From: Alphaproteobacteria bacterium
GTDB lineage: Bacteria; Pseudomonadota; Alphaproteobacteria; UBA828
Direction: 5' to 3'
Length of the DNA: 64,000 nt
Assembly: GCA_963422645.2 (NCBI GenBank)
Contig: CAXXVO010000014.1
Location: forward strand, 128,001 to 192,000
Part shown: positions 10,102 to 20,366 of the stretch, in pieces
Position numbering within the stretch: the first letter of the stretch is position 1
How the letters are laid out: each line of letters opens with the position of its first letter
The notes under the pieces: generated by a model
What the model was told of the DNA's origin: nothing
What the model saw: the letters and a program-made list of their open reading frames with translations, nothing else
The model's database searches: none
Made by a program: the position numbers and the translations under genes

Positions 10102-12801
10102 CTACATCGAAAGGCCGAGCCGGCCGCGGGTGAGCTGGAACTCGGTCACCCCGCGCGACCAGAGCGCCGGCCGGTAGCGGGCGGACGCGACGTCGGCGAT
10201 CAGCGCAGCCAGCGCGGCGACCGTTTCCTGGATACTCTGTTCCGGCACCAGGACGCGATCCAGGTCCCTGCCGTACTGTGCCGCGATCTCAGGCTCGGCC
10301 GTCACCTGGACGAGGGGGAGCATCGGATGCCCCTGCAGCGGGGTTTGCCCGACGTGGCAGAGCATCAGATCGACCCCCGTCGCGCCGAGGCCCGTGAACG
10401 CCTCCACGGGGTTCTGCGTCGGGGTCTCCATGATGTGGAACCCGGCGTCGGCCGCGGGCCGGCCGAACGCGAGCGAGGTCGGGGGCGCTACGCCATCGGG
10501 GAACACGGCGCGTCGGAACCCGTCGTTGCCGAGCAGACCTTCATTGTCGGGCACGACCACCGTCGCGCCGGCCGCGACGAGGCTCGTGGCGAGGCGGCCG
10601 AACGCTTCCCCCATCGCTCGTGTCAACGGCCCATGCGCGGCAAGCGCCACGCGCACCTCATCCGCGCCGACGCGCCGCCGCTCGGATGCAGGCGCGGCGT
10701 GGGCCGCCGCCATTGCCTCGAGCTGCCCGGTCACCTTGTCCTTGACGCTGGCGATGCCGCCGTCTAGCTGCACGCTCGCCCAGCCGAAGCGCTCCGCCGC
10801 GACGCCGTGTTCGGCCAGGTGATTGCGCACCGCGTCGTTGTGGGTCATCTCGCAGCCGTGCTCCAGCAGCACCGCGTGGCGCACGCTCCGATGCGCGAGG
10901 TGGCCGGTAAGCGTGTCGAGGTAGAGGCCGGCACCGTTGGCCGAGCCGCAGCCTTCCGTGTGCACGAGTGCCACGAAGCGCGACACGTCGCTCCATGCTG
11001 GCGGGTTGGCATCGAGCTCCTCGGCGATGAGGCGCGCGACCTGGCCGGAGCAGAGGCTGGTCGGCATCACCAATGCAATCTGATCCGAGGCCACGCCCTC
11101 CTCGGTGACCACCGCGTCGAAGGCGAGGTCGAGGGGCGGTGCGTTCTTTACCGCCACGGGCCGCCCGTTGGGGACAGGATGCCCGCGCGCCTCCTCCAGC
11201 CCATGCCCGTCGGTGCGCGGCCAGTCGCGCCAGATCGAGACCTGCGCGTGGCCGGCAAGCTCCCCCTTGCTGCGCTGCCCGGACGCGATGTCGAGCGCGA
11301 GCTCGAAGGTCTCCGCGCCGAGCGCGTCCATCTCCATGCCGTCGTTATAGCGGCCGGCGTTTACGTCCATCTCGTTTGCGAGCAGCTCGAAGCGCCCGGT
11401 GGTGGTCACGAACTTGAGCGTCGGCACGAAGGGGAAGTTGGTGATCGAGCCGTTGCCGGTGATGAAGAGGATGAGGTTGGAGCCCGCCGCCACTTGGCCC
11501 GCGATGCTCTCCAGGTCGTTGCCGGGGCTGTCCATGAAGTAGTAGCCCGGCTCGCGCATGGGCTCGCCGTAGTCGATGACGTGGTCGAGCCGGACCTCCG
11601 GCGCCTTCTTGCGGGCGGCGCCGAGCGACTTCAAAGCTATGTTGTAGAGCCCGCGAAAATTATTCCCGCCCGTGGGGTTCCCTTCCGCCGTGGCCCCGTG
11701 ATTCGCCGCATAGCGCTTGAAGTTCTCGATCTTCTGCAGGAACGCGCCGGCCGTGGCGGCGTCGCGGACGTTCTCCAGCACGTAGGGCTCCGCGCCGATG
11801 AGCTCGTCGGTCTCGGCCAGGTTCGCGGCGCCTCCATGGCGGATGACCTCCTTCGCCACCCAGCCGGCGAGCGCGTTGCCGGAGACACCTGAGAACGCGT
11901 CCGAGCCGCCGCACTGAAGGGCGAGACGAAGGTTGCCTGCGGGCTCCGCTGTGCGGCGCGCGGCCGCGACCTCCGGCAGCCAGCCTTCGATCAGCGCCGT
12001 CGCGCGCCCGACCTCCTCCTCGAACCCGCCCTCGATACGCAAGAACGCATGCGGCACGTGGTCGAGCCGGTCGTTGCGGTCTGCCATGAATCGCTGCAGG
12101 TCGTCGTTGGTGTAAGCGCCTGCGCCGTCATCGGCCGCGAGCACTGCGCCCACGTTAGGGTGCACCATGAAGCCCGCGAGCACCCGGAGCACGTGACCAA
12201 GATTGTTCGACCGACCGGCGCCGCCGCCTTCGGTATGGGTGACCGCGACCACGCCGTCGATCCCAGCGGGCGCCCTGGCCGCTGCGCGGTCCGCCACCGC
12301 GCGTACGAAGCCGTTGGCGCGTGACGTGGTGGCCACCACCACGACGAAGTTGCGGGTGCCGACGCCCCGCCCGCCGGGGCGGCGGAAGCCCTCGAAGGTG
12401 GCGCCGTCATCGGCAGGCGCGACCTGCGCGCCCGGCGCGAAGCTGGCCTTGTCCAGCGAATAGGTCTCCATGGTGTCAACGAAGTTGGCGGTGTCGGGCA
12501 GCGCGAAGTCGATATCGCGGGCCGCCAGCGCCGCCAGAATCCTCTCGTTGCAGACGTATTCGCCGGGCTCCAGGGCGCGGGTTGCGATGCCGAAGGGGAG
12601 CCCCCAGGAGGTGACCTGCGCGCCTTGCCGGACCGGCACGCGGACGAAGCGATGCCCTTCGAGTACCGTGTGGGGCAGGCGGAACTCCCCCCTCCCGTCC
12701 CCAACGAGGGTGCTGGCTTCCAGGCGCCGCGTCGCGATCGCGACGTTGTCTGCCGGTGCCGGAACCCGGGCCACCCGGTCGAATTCCAAACGGTCACGCA
12801 T
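10102..12801 (-). CDS. UxaA/GarD-family sugar-acid dehydratase with SAF domain and a duplicated C-terminal domain
   Basis: DNVAIA...GHRF (SAF), [31 protein letters not shown]; second HTEGCG/LEHGCE block near the C-terminus. Confidence 0.82.
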   Translation of the reverse strand: MRDRLEFDRVARVPAPADNVAIATRRLEASTLVGDGRGEFRLPHTVLEGHRFVRVPVRQGAQVTSWGLPFGIATRALEPGEYVCNERILAALAARDIDFALPDTANFVDTMETYSLDKASFAPGAQVAPADDGATFEGFRRPGGRGVGTRNFVVVVATTSRANGFVRAVADRAAARAPAGIDGVVAVTHTEGGGAGRSNNLGHVLRVLAGFMVHPNVGAVLAADDGAGAYTNDDLQRFMADRNDRLDHVPHAFLRIEGGFEEEVGRATALIEGWLPEVAAARRTAEPAGNLRLALQCGGSDAFSGVSGNALAGWVAKEVIRHGGAANLAETDELIGAEPYVLENVRDAATAGAFLQKIENFKRYAANHGATAEGNPTGGNNFRGLYNIALKSLGAARKKAPEVRLDHVIDYGEPMREPGYYFMDSPGNDLESIAGQVAAGSNLILFITGNGSITNFPFVPTLKFVTTTGRFELLANEMDVNAGRYNDGMEMDALGAETFELALDIASGQRSKGELAGHAQVSIWRDWPRTDGHGLEEARGHPVPNGRPVAVKNAPPLDLAFDAVVTEEGVASDQIALVMPTSLCSGQVARLIAEELDANPPAWSDVSRFVALVHTEGCGSANGAGLYLDTLTGHLAHRSVRHAVLLEHGCEMTHNDAVRNHLAEHGVAAERFGWASVQLDGGIASVKDKVTGQLEAMAAAHAAPASERRRVGADEVRVALAAHGPLTRAMGEAFGRLATSLVAAGATVVVPDNEGLLGNDGFRRAVFPDGVAPPTSLAFGRPAADAGFHIMETPTQNPVEAFTGLGATGVDLMLCHVGQTPLQGHPMLPLVQVTAEPEIAAQYGRDLDRVLVPEQSIQETVAALAALIADVASARYRPALWSRGVTEFQLTRGRLGLSM

Positions 12802-12977
12802 CGCGTCTTCCCTGGTTCGGCGTGCCGCCTGTGGCACGGTCGCCTTCATTATCGGGAAACGCCGCCGAAGGGGAGTCTCAGAGAGTCGCGGGATGCTGCC
12901 TCGCCCCGGTTTACGCCCGCATCGCTGCGCCCTATCGTCCGCCGCAAGAAGGATCCAATGGCAGAGGGCGGCGGCGC

Positions 12978-14147
12978 ATGGCGATCCACTTCACGAGGGA
13001 CGAGTTCGACCAGCGTCGCGACTCGGTGGTACGCGCGCTCAAGGGGCGCGGCCTCTTCGGCATCCTGCTCTTCAAGCAGGAGAGCATGTACTACCTGACG
13101 GGCTACGACACCTTCGGGTTCTGCTTTTTCCAGTGCCTCTGGCTCGGCAGCGACGGGCGCATGACCCTGCTCACCCGCGCGCCGGACCTCAGGCAAGCGC
13201 AGCACACCTCGATCATCGACGACATCCGCATCTGGGTCGACGAGGCCGGCGCGGACCCCGCCGGCGCGCTGCGCGACGTGGTCACCGGGCATGGCGGGGC
13301 CGGCACGCTGATCGGCGTTGAGCGCGACACCCAAGGGTTAACGGCGGCGAACTGGCTCAAGGTTGAGCGGGCGTTCGGCGAGTTCTGTACGCTGGAGGAC
13401 GCGTCGGACCTGGTCTCCGCGCTCCGTCGGGTCAAGAGCGACGATGAGCTCGCCCATGTGCGTCGCGCGGCCGAACTCGCCGACGATGCCCTGGCGGAGG
13501 CCGAGCGGCTGGCCGCGCCGGGCGCGTTCGAGGGCGATATCCTGGCGGCGATGCAAGGCGCGGTCTTTCGGGGCGGCGGCGAGTATCCCGGCAATCCCTT
13601 CATTCTCAGCTCCGGTCCCGACGCGCTGCTGTGCCGGGACAAGGCCGGGCGCCGCCGGCTCGCGGAGCAGGACCAGCTCACCCTCGAGTTTGCCGGCGCG
13701 TATTGCCGCTACCACGCCGCGCTGATGCGCACGCTCGTGATCGGCCCGGTCTCCGACGCGCACAAGGCCATGCACCGCGCGTGCAGCGACGCTCTCGACG
13801 CGTGCCGGGACACGCTGCAACCCGGCCGGCGCTTCGGCGAGGTCTTCGACGCCCATGCGCGGGTGCTCGACAAGGCGGGCTATCGCAAGCATCGCCTCAA
13901 CGCCTGCGGCTACAGCCTGGGCGCGACCTTTGCACCGTCGTGGATGGACGGACCCATGTTCTATACCGGCAATCCGCAAAGCGTGGAGCCCGGCATGGTG
14001 CTCTTCGTTCACATCATCCTCGCGAACAGCGATGACGGGCTCGCCATGACCCTCGGCGAGACCTACGCCATCACCGATGACGGCCCGGAGTGCCTGAGCC
14101 GGGCGCCTCACAATCTCGCGCCGGGCGGTGAGGAGGCCGCCGGATAA
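12978..14147 (+). CDS. M24 Xaa-Pro peptidase / creatinase-like protein
   Basis: QESMYYLTGYD, LRRVKSDDE, YHAALMRT, GYSLG. Confidence 0.85.
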   Translation: MAIHFTRDEFDQRRDSVVRALKGRGLFGILLFKQESMYYLTGYDTFGFCFFQCLWLGSDGRMTLLTRAPDLRQAQHTSIIDDIRIWVDEAGADPAGALRDVVTGHGGAGTLIGVERDTQGLTAANWLKVERAFGEFCTLEDASDLVSALRRVKSDDELAHVRRAAELADDALAEAERLAAPGAFEGDILAAMQGAVFRGGGEYPGNPFILSSGPDALLCRDKAGRRRLAEQDQLTLEFAGAYCRYHAALMRTLVIGPVSDAHKAMHRACSDALDACRDTLQPGRRFGEVFDAHARVLDKAGYRKHRLNACGYSLGATFAPSWMDGPMFYTGNPQSVEPGMVLFVHIILANSDDGLAMTLGETYAITDDGPECLSRAPHNLAPGGEEAAG

Positions 14148-14150
14148 GCC

Positions 14151-15773
14151 ATGTACGAGGTCGCGCTCACCGAGGCCTACTTCCCGGCGCAGACGGATAT
14201 CGACGTTCGCGACATCACCGTCGGCGGGTTGCTGCGCGAGATGGCGGCGCGGCGTCCCGATGCGGAGGCGCTGGTCGAGGTCCGGCAATCCGGTGAGATC
14301 GGGCGACGCTGGAGCTATGGGGCGTTGCTTGCCGATGGCGAGCGGCTGGCCGGCGCGCTGACGGCGCGCTTCCGCCCGGGCGAGCGGGTCGTCGTCTGGG
14401 CGCCCAACAGCCCCGAATGGGTGCTGATGGAATACGCCTGCGCCCTCGCCGGGCTGGTGCTGGTCACGGCGAACCCGGCCTACCAAGTAGGGGAGCTTCG
14501 CTACGTGCTCGAGCAATCGGGGGCCGTGGCGTTGTTCCTGGTCCGTGAATTCCGGGGCAACCCGATGGCCGAGATCGGCGCCGCTGCCGCCGACGGCCTG
14601 GGCGCGGTTCGCGAAATCGTCGACATGAACGATGCGGCGGCACTCCAAGCCGCAGCCGGGGAGGGGGCGCAGGCGTTGCCCGATGTCTCGCCCGGCGATG
14701 CGGCGCAGATTCAATACACCTCGGGCACGACCGGCTTCCCCAAGGGCGCGGTACTGAGCCATCGCGGACTGGTCAACAATGCGCGCTACTACGCGGGCCG
14801 CTGCGGCGTGACCGAGAGCACCACCTGGATCAATCCCATGCCGATGTTCCATACCAGCGGGTGCGGCATGTTGACCCTGGGCTCGCTCCAGGCCGGCTGC
14901 CGGATGGTCCTGGTCAGCCTCTTCGACCCGCACGCCATCGTCGGCCTGATCGAAAGCCAGAAGGCCAGCATCGCTCTCGGTGTGCCGACGATGATTCTCG
15001 CCATGCTGGACGCCCAGGAGGCGTCTCCCCGCGATGTCTCCACCCTGGAACTGATCAGCAGCGGCGGCGCCATGGTGGCGCCCGAGCTGGTGCGCCGCAC
15101 GCAGCGGACCTTCGGTTGCGCGTTCTCCACCCTTTATGGGCAAACCGAGCACAGCCCGGTCATCACCCAGCACCATGACGGCGACAGTATCGACGACATC
15201 AGCAACACGGTGGGGCAGCCCATTCCGCAAACCGAAGTCTCGATCCGGCGGGTTGCCGACAACCGGACCGCAGCCATCGACGAGATCGGCGAAATCTGCG
15301 CCCGCAGCCCCAGCGTCATGCTGGGCTATCACGACAACGACGCGGCGACGGTCGAGGCCATCGACGCCGAGGGCTGGCTGCATTCCGGCGACCTCGGACG
15401 CATGGATGCGCGCGGCTACGTCACGATCACCGGCCGGGTGAAGGAGATGATCATCCGTGGCGGGGAGAACCACTTTCCCGCCGAGATCGAGAACGTCCTG
15501 CTGGAGCACGCAAGCGTGGCCGAGGTCGCCGTGGTCGGGCTGCCCGACGAGACCTGGGGCGAGGTGATCGCCGCCTTCGTTCGGACCGAGGGCGGCCAGG
15601 AGCTCGACCGGGACGCCCTGCACGCCCATTGCCGGGCGCGCCTCTCGCCCCAGAAGACGCCCACCCTCTGGTGCCGTGTCGACGCGTTTCCGATGACTGG
15701 CTCGGGCAAGATCCAGAATTTCAGGCTGCGGGACGGCTACATCGCAGGGCAGTACCGGGGAGGGCCACGATGA
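14151..15773 (+). CDS. AMP-dependent acyl-CoA synthetase
   Basis: YTSGTTGFPKG, YGQTE, GWLHSGDLG, SGKIQ. Confidence 0.92.
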   Translation: MYEVALTEAYFPAQTDIDVRDITVGGLLREMAARRPDAEALVEVRQSGEIGRRWSYGALLADGERLAGALTARFRPGERVVVWAPNSPEWVLMEYACALAGLVLVTANPAYQVGELRYVLEQSGAVALFLVREFRGNPMAEIGAAAADGLGAVREIVDMNDAAALQAAAGEGAQALPDVSPGDAAQIQYTSGTTGFPKGAVLSHRGLVNNARYYAGRCGVTESTTWINPMPMFHTSGCGMLTLGSLQAGCRMVLVSLFDPHAIVGLIESQKASIALGVPTMILAMLDAQEASPRDVSTLELISSGGAMVAPELVRRTQRTFGCAFSTLYGQTEHSPVITQHHDGDSIDDISNTVGQPIPQTEVSIRRVADNRTAAIDEIGEICARSPSVMLGYHDNDAATVEAIDAEGWLHSGDLGRMDARGYVTITGRVKEMIIRGGENHFPAEIENVLLEHASVAEVAVVGLPDETWGEVIAAFVRTEGGQELDRDALHAHCRARLSPQKTPTLWCRVDAFPMTGSGKIQNFRLRDGYIAGQYRGGPR

Positions 15774-16642
15774 CGACGCCGGTCCTCTACGAACGCGACG
15801 GACGAATTGCGCGGATCACCCTGAACCGCCCCGAGGTGCTGAACGCCATCGACGGCGAACTGCCGGGCGCGCTCGCGGGCGCCGTCGCGCAGGCCGATGC
15901 CGATCCCGCAGTCCATGTGATGGTGCTCTCGGGCGCCGGTCGCGCCTTCTGCGCCGGCTACGACCTCACGCGCTATGCGAGCGGAGACGTTAGCGCCGAC
16001 GACGGCGGATACAGGGGCCAGGAGATGCCCTGGGACCCCATCCAGGACTACGCCTTCATGTGGGCGAACACCCAGCACTTCATGGCGCTCTGGCGGGCTT
16101 TGAAGCCTGTGATCTGCAAGGTGCACGGCTTCGCGCTCGCCGGCGGCTCCGACATCGCGCTCTGTGCCGACCTCACGCTCGTCGCAGACGACGCTGAGAT
16201 CGGCTACATGCCGGCGCGGGTCTGGGGCTGCCCCACGACTGCCATGTGGGTCTATCGGCTGGGGCCCGAGAAGGCGAAGAGGATGCTCTTCACCGGCGAC
16301 AGTATCACCGGCAGGGAGGCCGCCGACATGGGCCTCGTCTTGAAGGCCGTGCCTGCGGCTGAGCTCGACGACGAGGTGGAGGCGCTGGCCCGGCGCATGG
16401 CGAGCGTGCCGATCAACCAGCTGGCCATGCAGAAGCTGGTCATCAATCAGGCGATCGAAGCCAGCGGCCTCATGAATACCCAACGGCTCGCCACGATCTT
16501 CGACGGCATTACGCGCCATTCGCCGGAAGGGATGAACTTCAAGAAGCGGGCCGAAGAGGTTGGCTGGAAGCAAGCCGTGCAGGAACGCGATACCGGCACC
16601 TTCGATTGGACTTTGGATGAGCCGATCGAAGACTCAGATTGA
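15770..16642 (+). CDS. Enoyl-CoA hydratase/crotonase family protein
   Basis: ITLNRPEVLNAI, AFCAGYDL, KPVICKVHGFALAGG. Confidence 0.9.
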   Translation: MTTPVLYERDGRIARITLNRPEVLNAIDGELPGALAGAVAQADADPAVHVMVLSGAGRAFCAGYDLTRYASGDVSADDGGYRGQEMPWDPIQDYAFMWANTQHFMALWRALKPVICKVHGFALAGGSDIALCADLTLVADDAEIGYMPARVWGCPTTAMWVYRLGPEKAKRMLFTGDSITGREAADMGLVLKAVPAAELDDEVEALARRMASVPINQLAMQKLVINQAIEASGLMNTQRLATIFDGITRHSPEGMNFKKRAEEVGWKQAVQERDTGTFDWTLDEPIEDSD

Positions 16643-16654
16643 CCCCCATGTTGT

Positions 16655-16942
16655 ACCAGCAAGCAGATGCTGGCGATCGCCCGCGCGCCGATGTCGGAGC
16701 CCCACATCCTGGTGATCGACGAGCCCTCCGTCGGGCTCGCGCCGATCCTGGTCAGCCGGGTGATCGCCAAGATCAGGGAGCTGAAGGAGCAGCGCAGTCT
16801 GACCGTGCTGATGGCCGAGCAGAACTTCAACCAGGCGATCAAGATTGCCGACCGCGGCTACATCATCGTACACGGCGAGATTGCCTTCGCCGCCGATCTC
16901 TCCGAGAACGAGATGGTCAAGCAGTACTACCTCGGCGCCTGA
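16655..16942 (+). pseudogene. C-terminal remnant of a LivF-type ABC ATPase
   Basis: QMLAIARA...DEPSVGLAP...AEQN...YYLGA with no Walker A or N-terminal half. Confidence 0.75.
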
Positions 16943-17852
16943 GGCGGGAGGCGGCAGAGCGCGTCCCCTTCGCGCTATCAAATTGAAGTCTTGGCCAGGT
17001 GGTGTTGCCGAACCACTATGACCAGCGTGCGCTCGCTCGAACTTGCTCCACACTCGGCGAAGGTGCGACCAAAAAAATGTTGATGGCGTTACCGTGCTCT
17101 GCAATAGTTGCAGTGTACGGCCAAGGGAATTCCGGACAGCGTCGGATTGGCAATGCTATCAACAGGTAACTGCCCAGGTTCTTGCTGTGAAAATTCTCTG
17201 GGATTCGGCACAACGCTACCCACGCGACGCCCGTGTGCTCCTCTGTGGTCGCCGGGTTTCACAGCTCACGATGCCCCTCTTGCGGACTGCGACCGGTAAG
17301 CTACCCCGATGTGGCCCGAAGTCCGCCCGCGCGACGGGCACCGATTTTCATTCTATGGGGTGGTCCAGCACGGCGTCGACCATGATCGTTTATGAGAATG
17401 GCTCCGCTGTTGGAGAACCCGTGCCAGGTGAGCTTACGCGCACTTGACGGTGGCGATGAGCCGATCCGATGGGCTGGTCAGGGCTTCGATGATATTCCAG
17501 CCCTGCTTTCTGGCGGTGGTGATGACGCTGCGCAGGATGGCGAAGTTCTCGGCCCCCTGCGCGGACCGGAAGCCCCCGGAGATCTTCTGGCGCAGCTTCA
17601 TCATCCGAAGGTCGCGCTCGGCCTCGTTGTTCGTGAACCCGACCTCGAGGTCGATCAGGAACCGGAGCACCGCGCATTTGTGGTCGCGCAGCCTCAAGGC
17701 CAGATTGTGACCGATCCTTCGCTTCCGGCGCTTCTTCCTCTTGCCAGGCGAGAACGGTGGTTGGCTCTCGTGAAAGGCCAGCGCATCGGCGATGATCTCG
17801 TCGTATCGGCGCTCGATCAGCGCCACAAGCCTCGCCGGAACGGCGATATCCT

Positions 17853-20365
17853 CAGACTTCCTGACCTCGTGATGCTGGCTGTTCTGGGCAGCGTGCCGGG
17901 AACTCCTTGAATTCTGATACATTTCGGTTGTTTCAGGCGGTTTTTCGCTGGGTGTCGCGCCCGAGGTCTGATATTATAATTTGATACCAATTGCACGGTC
18001 TCAACCATGCCCAGTACCCTCCCAATGTGCCCTCCAGAGGCGGTCTCGATCGGCAACAGCTGCTTCGCCGTCCTGATCTCGGACGACACCTTCACCTACT
18101 TTTCCAACCTCATTCCCTTTGACAGCCACGCCGCCGATGACCGCACGGCCATGCTCTTGCGGATCGGCCGCCTCGCGGCGATCAGCGCGGTCTCGCCGCA
18201 GGAACTGGCTGACGCTTTCGCTGTCTCGCGCGCGACGGTGCAGCGCGCACGACGGCGCTACCTGGCCGAGGGCGAAGCGGGGTTCATGAAGCCCCGGCGC
18301 GGTCGCGGGCCGTCGGTGTTCACTCCGGAGTTGGCGGAGAAGGCGACGGCGTTGCTGGCATCGGGCCTGAGCGGCTCTGCGGCGGCCCGGGTTCTCGGCG
18401 TGTCAGCGCCATCGGTCAACAAGTGGCGCCGTCAGGGACTGATCGGCAACACGGAGGCGGATGGGGAGCCCGGACGCTCAGCGCTGGCTGCGCCGCCTGA
18501 CGCGGGTGCGGCTCCTGAAGGCCGTGTCGATGAAGAGAGTACCGGTGCCCCGGGGCCGGAGACGGCGCCGGGGCTGGAAGCGCAGCCGCAAACGGATCGC
18601 AGCGCGCGCGATCGGCGGGACCGGCAGGCGCCGATGGGGCGTGCGACTTGCGATGTTCCGGCTCGGGTTCTGGCCAGTTGTGGACAGGCGGGGCCGGTCG
18701 AACCGCAGTTCGCCGCCGCCGCCCGCGGTGTCCGCTTCGGCGGCGTGCTCGCCGCCCTGCCGGCCCTGCTGAAGGAAGGTCTTCTCTCCGAGACCGGTCT
18801 CCTGCCATTGCTGCCGAAGGGCTATTACGGCTTGCCTACGATCCTGCTCTTCCTGGCCTTCATGACCTTGGCGCGGGTGCGCAACCCCGAGAGCCTGCGC
18901 TACCAGGCGCCGGGCGAATGGGGCGCCATTCTCGGCCTCGATCGCTGCCCCGAGGTCAAGACGCTGCGCCGCAAGATCGCTCTCATCGCCGACGACGAGG
19001 CCGGCGTGCGGGCGTGGCAGCTCGCCCTTGCCAGGCGCTGGCAGGCGCCGACGAGCCGGAGCTCTGGGCGACGCTGGCCATCGACGGGCACGTCAAGGTC
19101 TACTCCGGCCGCAAGGGGCGCTTGCCCAAGCACTTCGTCTCGCGCGAGAAGCTGTGCCTGCCGGCGAGCGCCAGCTACTGGATCAACGCTCTGGGCGGCA
19201 AGCCGCTGCTCTGTCTGCACAAGCCGCTGGACCCGAAGATGGTCGCGGCCATCGAAGCCGACGTGGTGCCGGCGCTGCAGGAGCTTGGGATCGTTGGCGC
19301 CGGGGCGCCGGACCTGACCGCCGAGCATCCCGGCCAGCCGGCGCTCACCCTGGTCTTCGACCGCGAGGGCTGGAGCCCGGATCTGTTCCGCCGGCTGGCG
19401 AGGCGCGGCGTCGCCTGCCTGACCTGGCACAAGAACTTCAGGGGCGAGGACTGGCCGGCCGAGGACTTCGGCGCGATGACCGTTCCCATTCACGGACCGG
19501 CGGCGGACGGCAGCGCCACCATGCGGCTGGCTGAGAAGCCGGTGACGTTGCCGAACGGCTTCAGGGTGCGCCAGATCCGCCGCCTGCTCGACAACGGCCG
19601 TCAGGTGCCGCTGATCACCACCGATCCGCACAAGCCGATGGCTGAGGTTGCGGGCGCCATGTTCTCGCGCTGGTCGCAGGAGAACTTCTTCAAGTACATG
19701 CGTGACGAGTTCAATCTCGACGCCCTGCCGACCCACGAGCTCGAGCCTCTCGATCCCGCCGCCATGGTCGTCAACCCGCTGCGGCGGGCCTATGACAAGG
19801 CAATCCATCGCCTCGACCGCCAGCTTGGCCGCCTGCGCAACCGCATCGCCGACACGGCCCGGAAGAAGCAGCCGACGGCGGAACTCAGGAGGGAAGTCAG
19901 GGACCTCCAGGATGTCCGCGACATCGTCAGGGCCAGCCGCAGGGAGACGCCCAAGCACTGCCGGGCCGGCGACCTCGACGAAGCCGAGCAGCTCGATGCC
20001 TTGCCCGCGCGCGAGCGCCTCCTCCTCGACGTCATCCGGATGATCGCCTACCGCGCCGAAACCCGCATGATGCTTCCCGTCATGCAGGCGCAGGGCCACA
20101 AGCCCCATCCCCGGAAACTGCTTCAAGCGCTGCTCACCGCCGATGCCGACATCCTGCCGGATCCTGGCAATGGCCTCCTGCGGGTCCACATTCTTGGCCT
20201 CGCAAACGACGCCTGCGACCGTTGGATCGATGCGGTTCTGAGCGACCTGAACGCCACCGAAACGGTCTTCCCCGGCACCCGTCTGCGCATAGTCTACGAC
20301 ATCGACGGGGCCTCGGAATCCGCGCGGCTCGTGTCACCTAAAATCAGCAGAGGTCAGGAAGTCTG
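17853..20365 (+). mobile_element. Unclassified DDE insertion sequence type X, copy 1 (2513 bp)
   Basis: 16-bp perfect IR CAGACTTCCTGACCTC; 5-bp TSD ATCCT (17848-17852, 20366-20370), confirmed against the uninterrupted IS66 copy near 27310. Confidence 0.9.
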
Positions 20366-20366
20366 A
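18007..20366 (+). CDS. Transposase of element X, about 785 aa, frameshifted near 19045
   Basis: N-terminal HTHs; AIDGH, FDREG and RWSQENFFK (IS4-superfamily-like DDE); split over two reading frames. Confidence 0.75.

Noticed and set aside
13338-15629. Long minus-strand ORF of 763 aa (also 27718-30069, 62128-63942, 8887-10767 and similar)
   Set aside because: Antisense shadows of well-supported genes, expected in high-GC DNA; no recognisable motifs
17434-18095. Small ORFs 17434-17922 and 17817-18095 (also 46012-46427) as independent genes
   Set aside because: Chimeric frames running out of the X left end into the interrupted sequence
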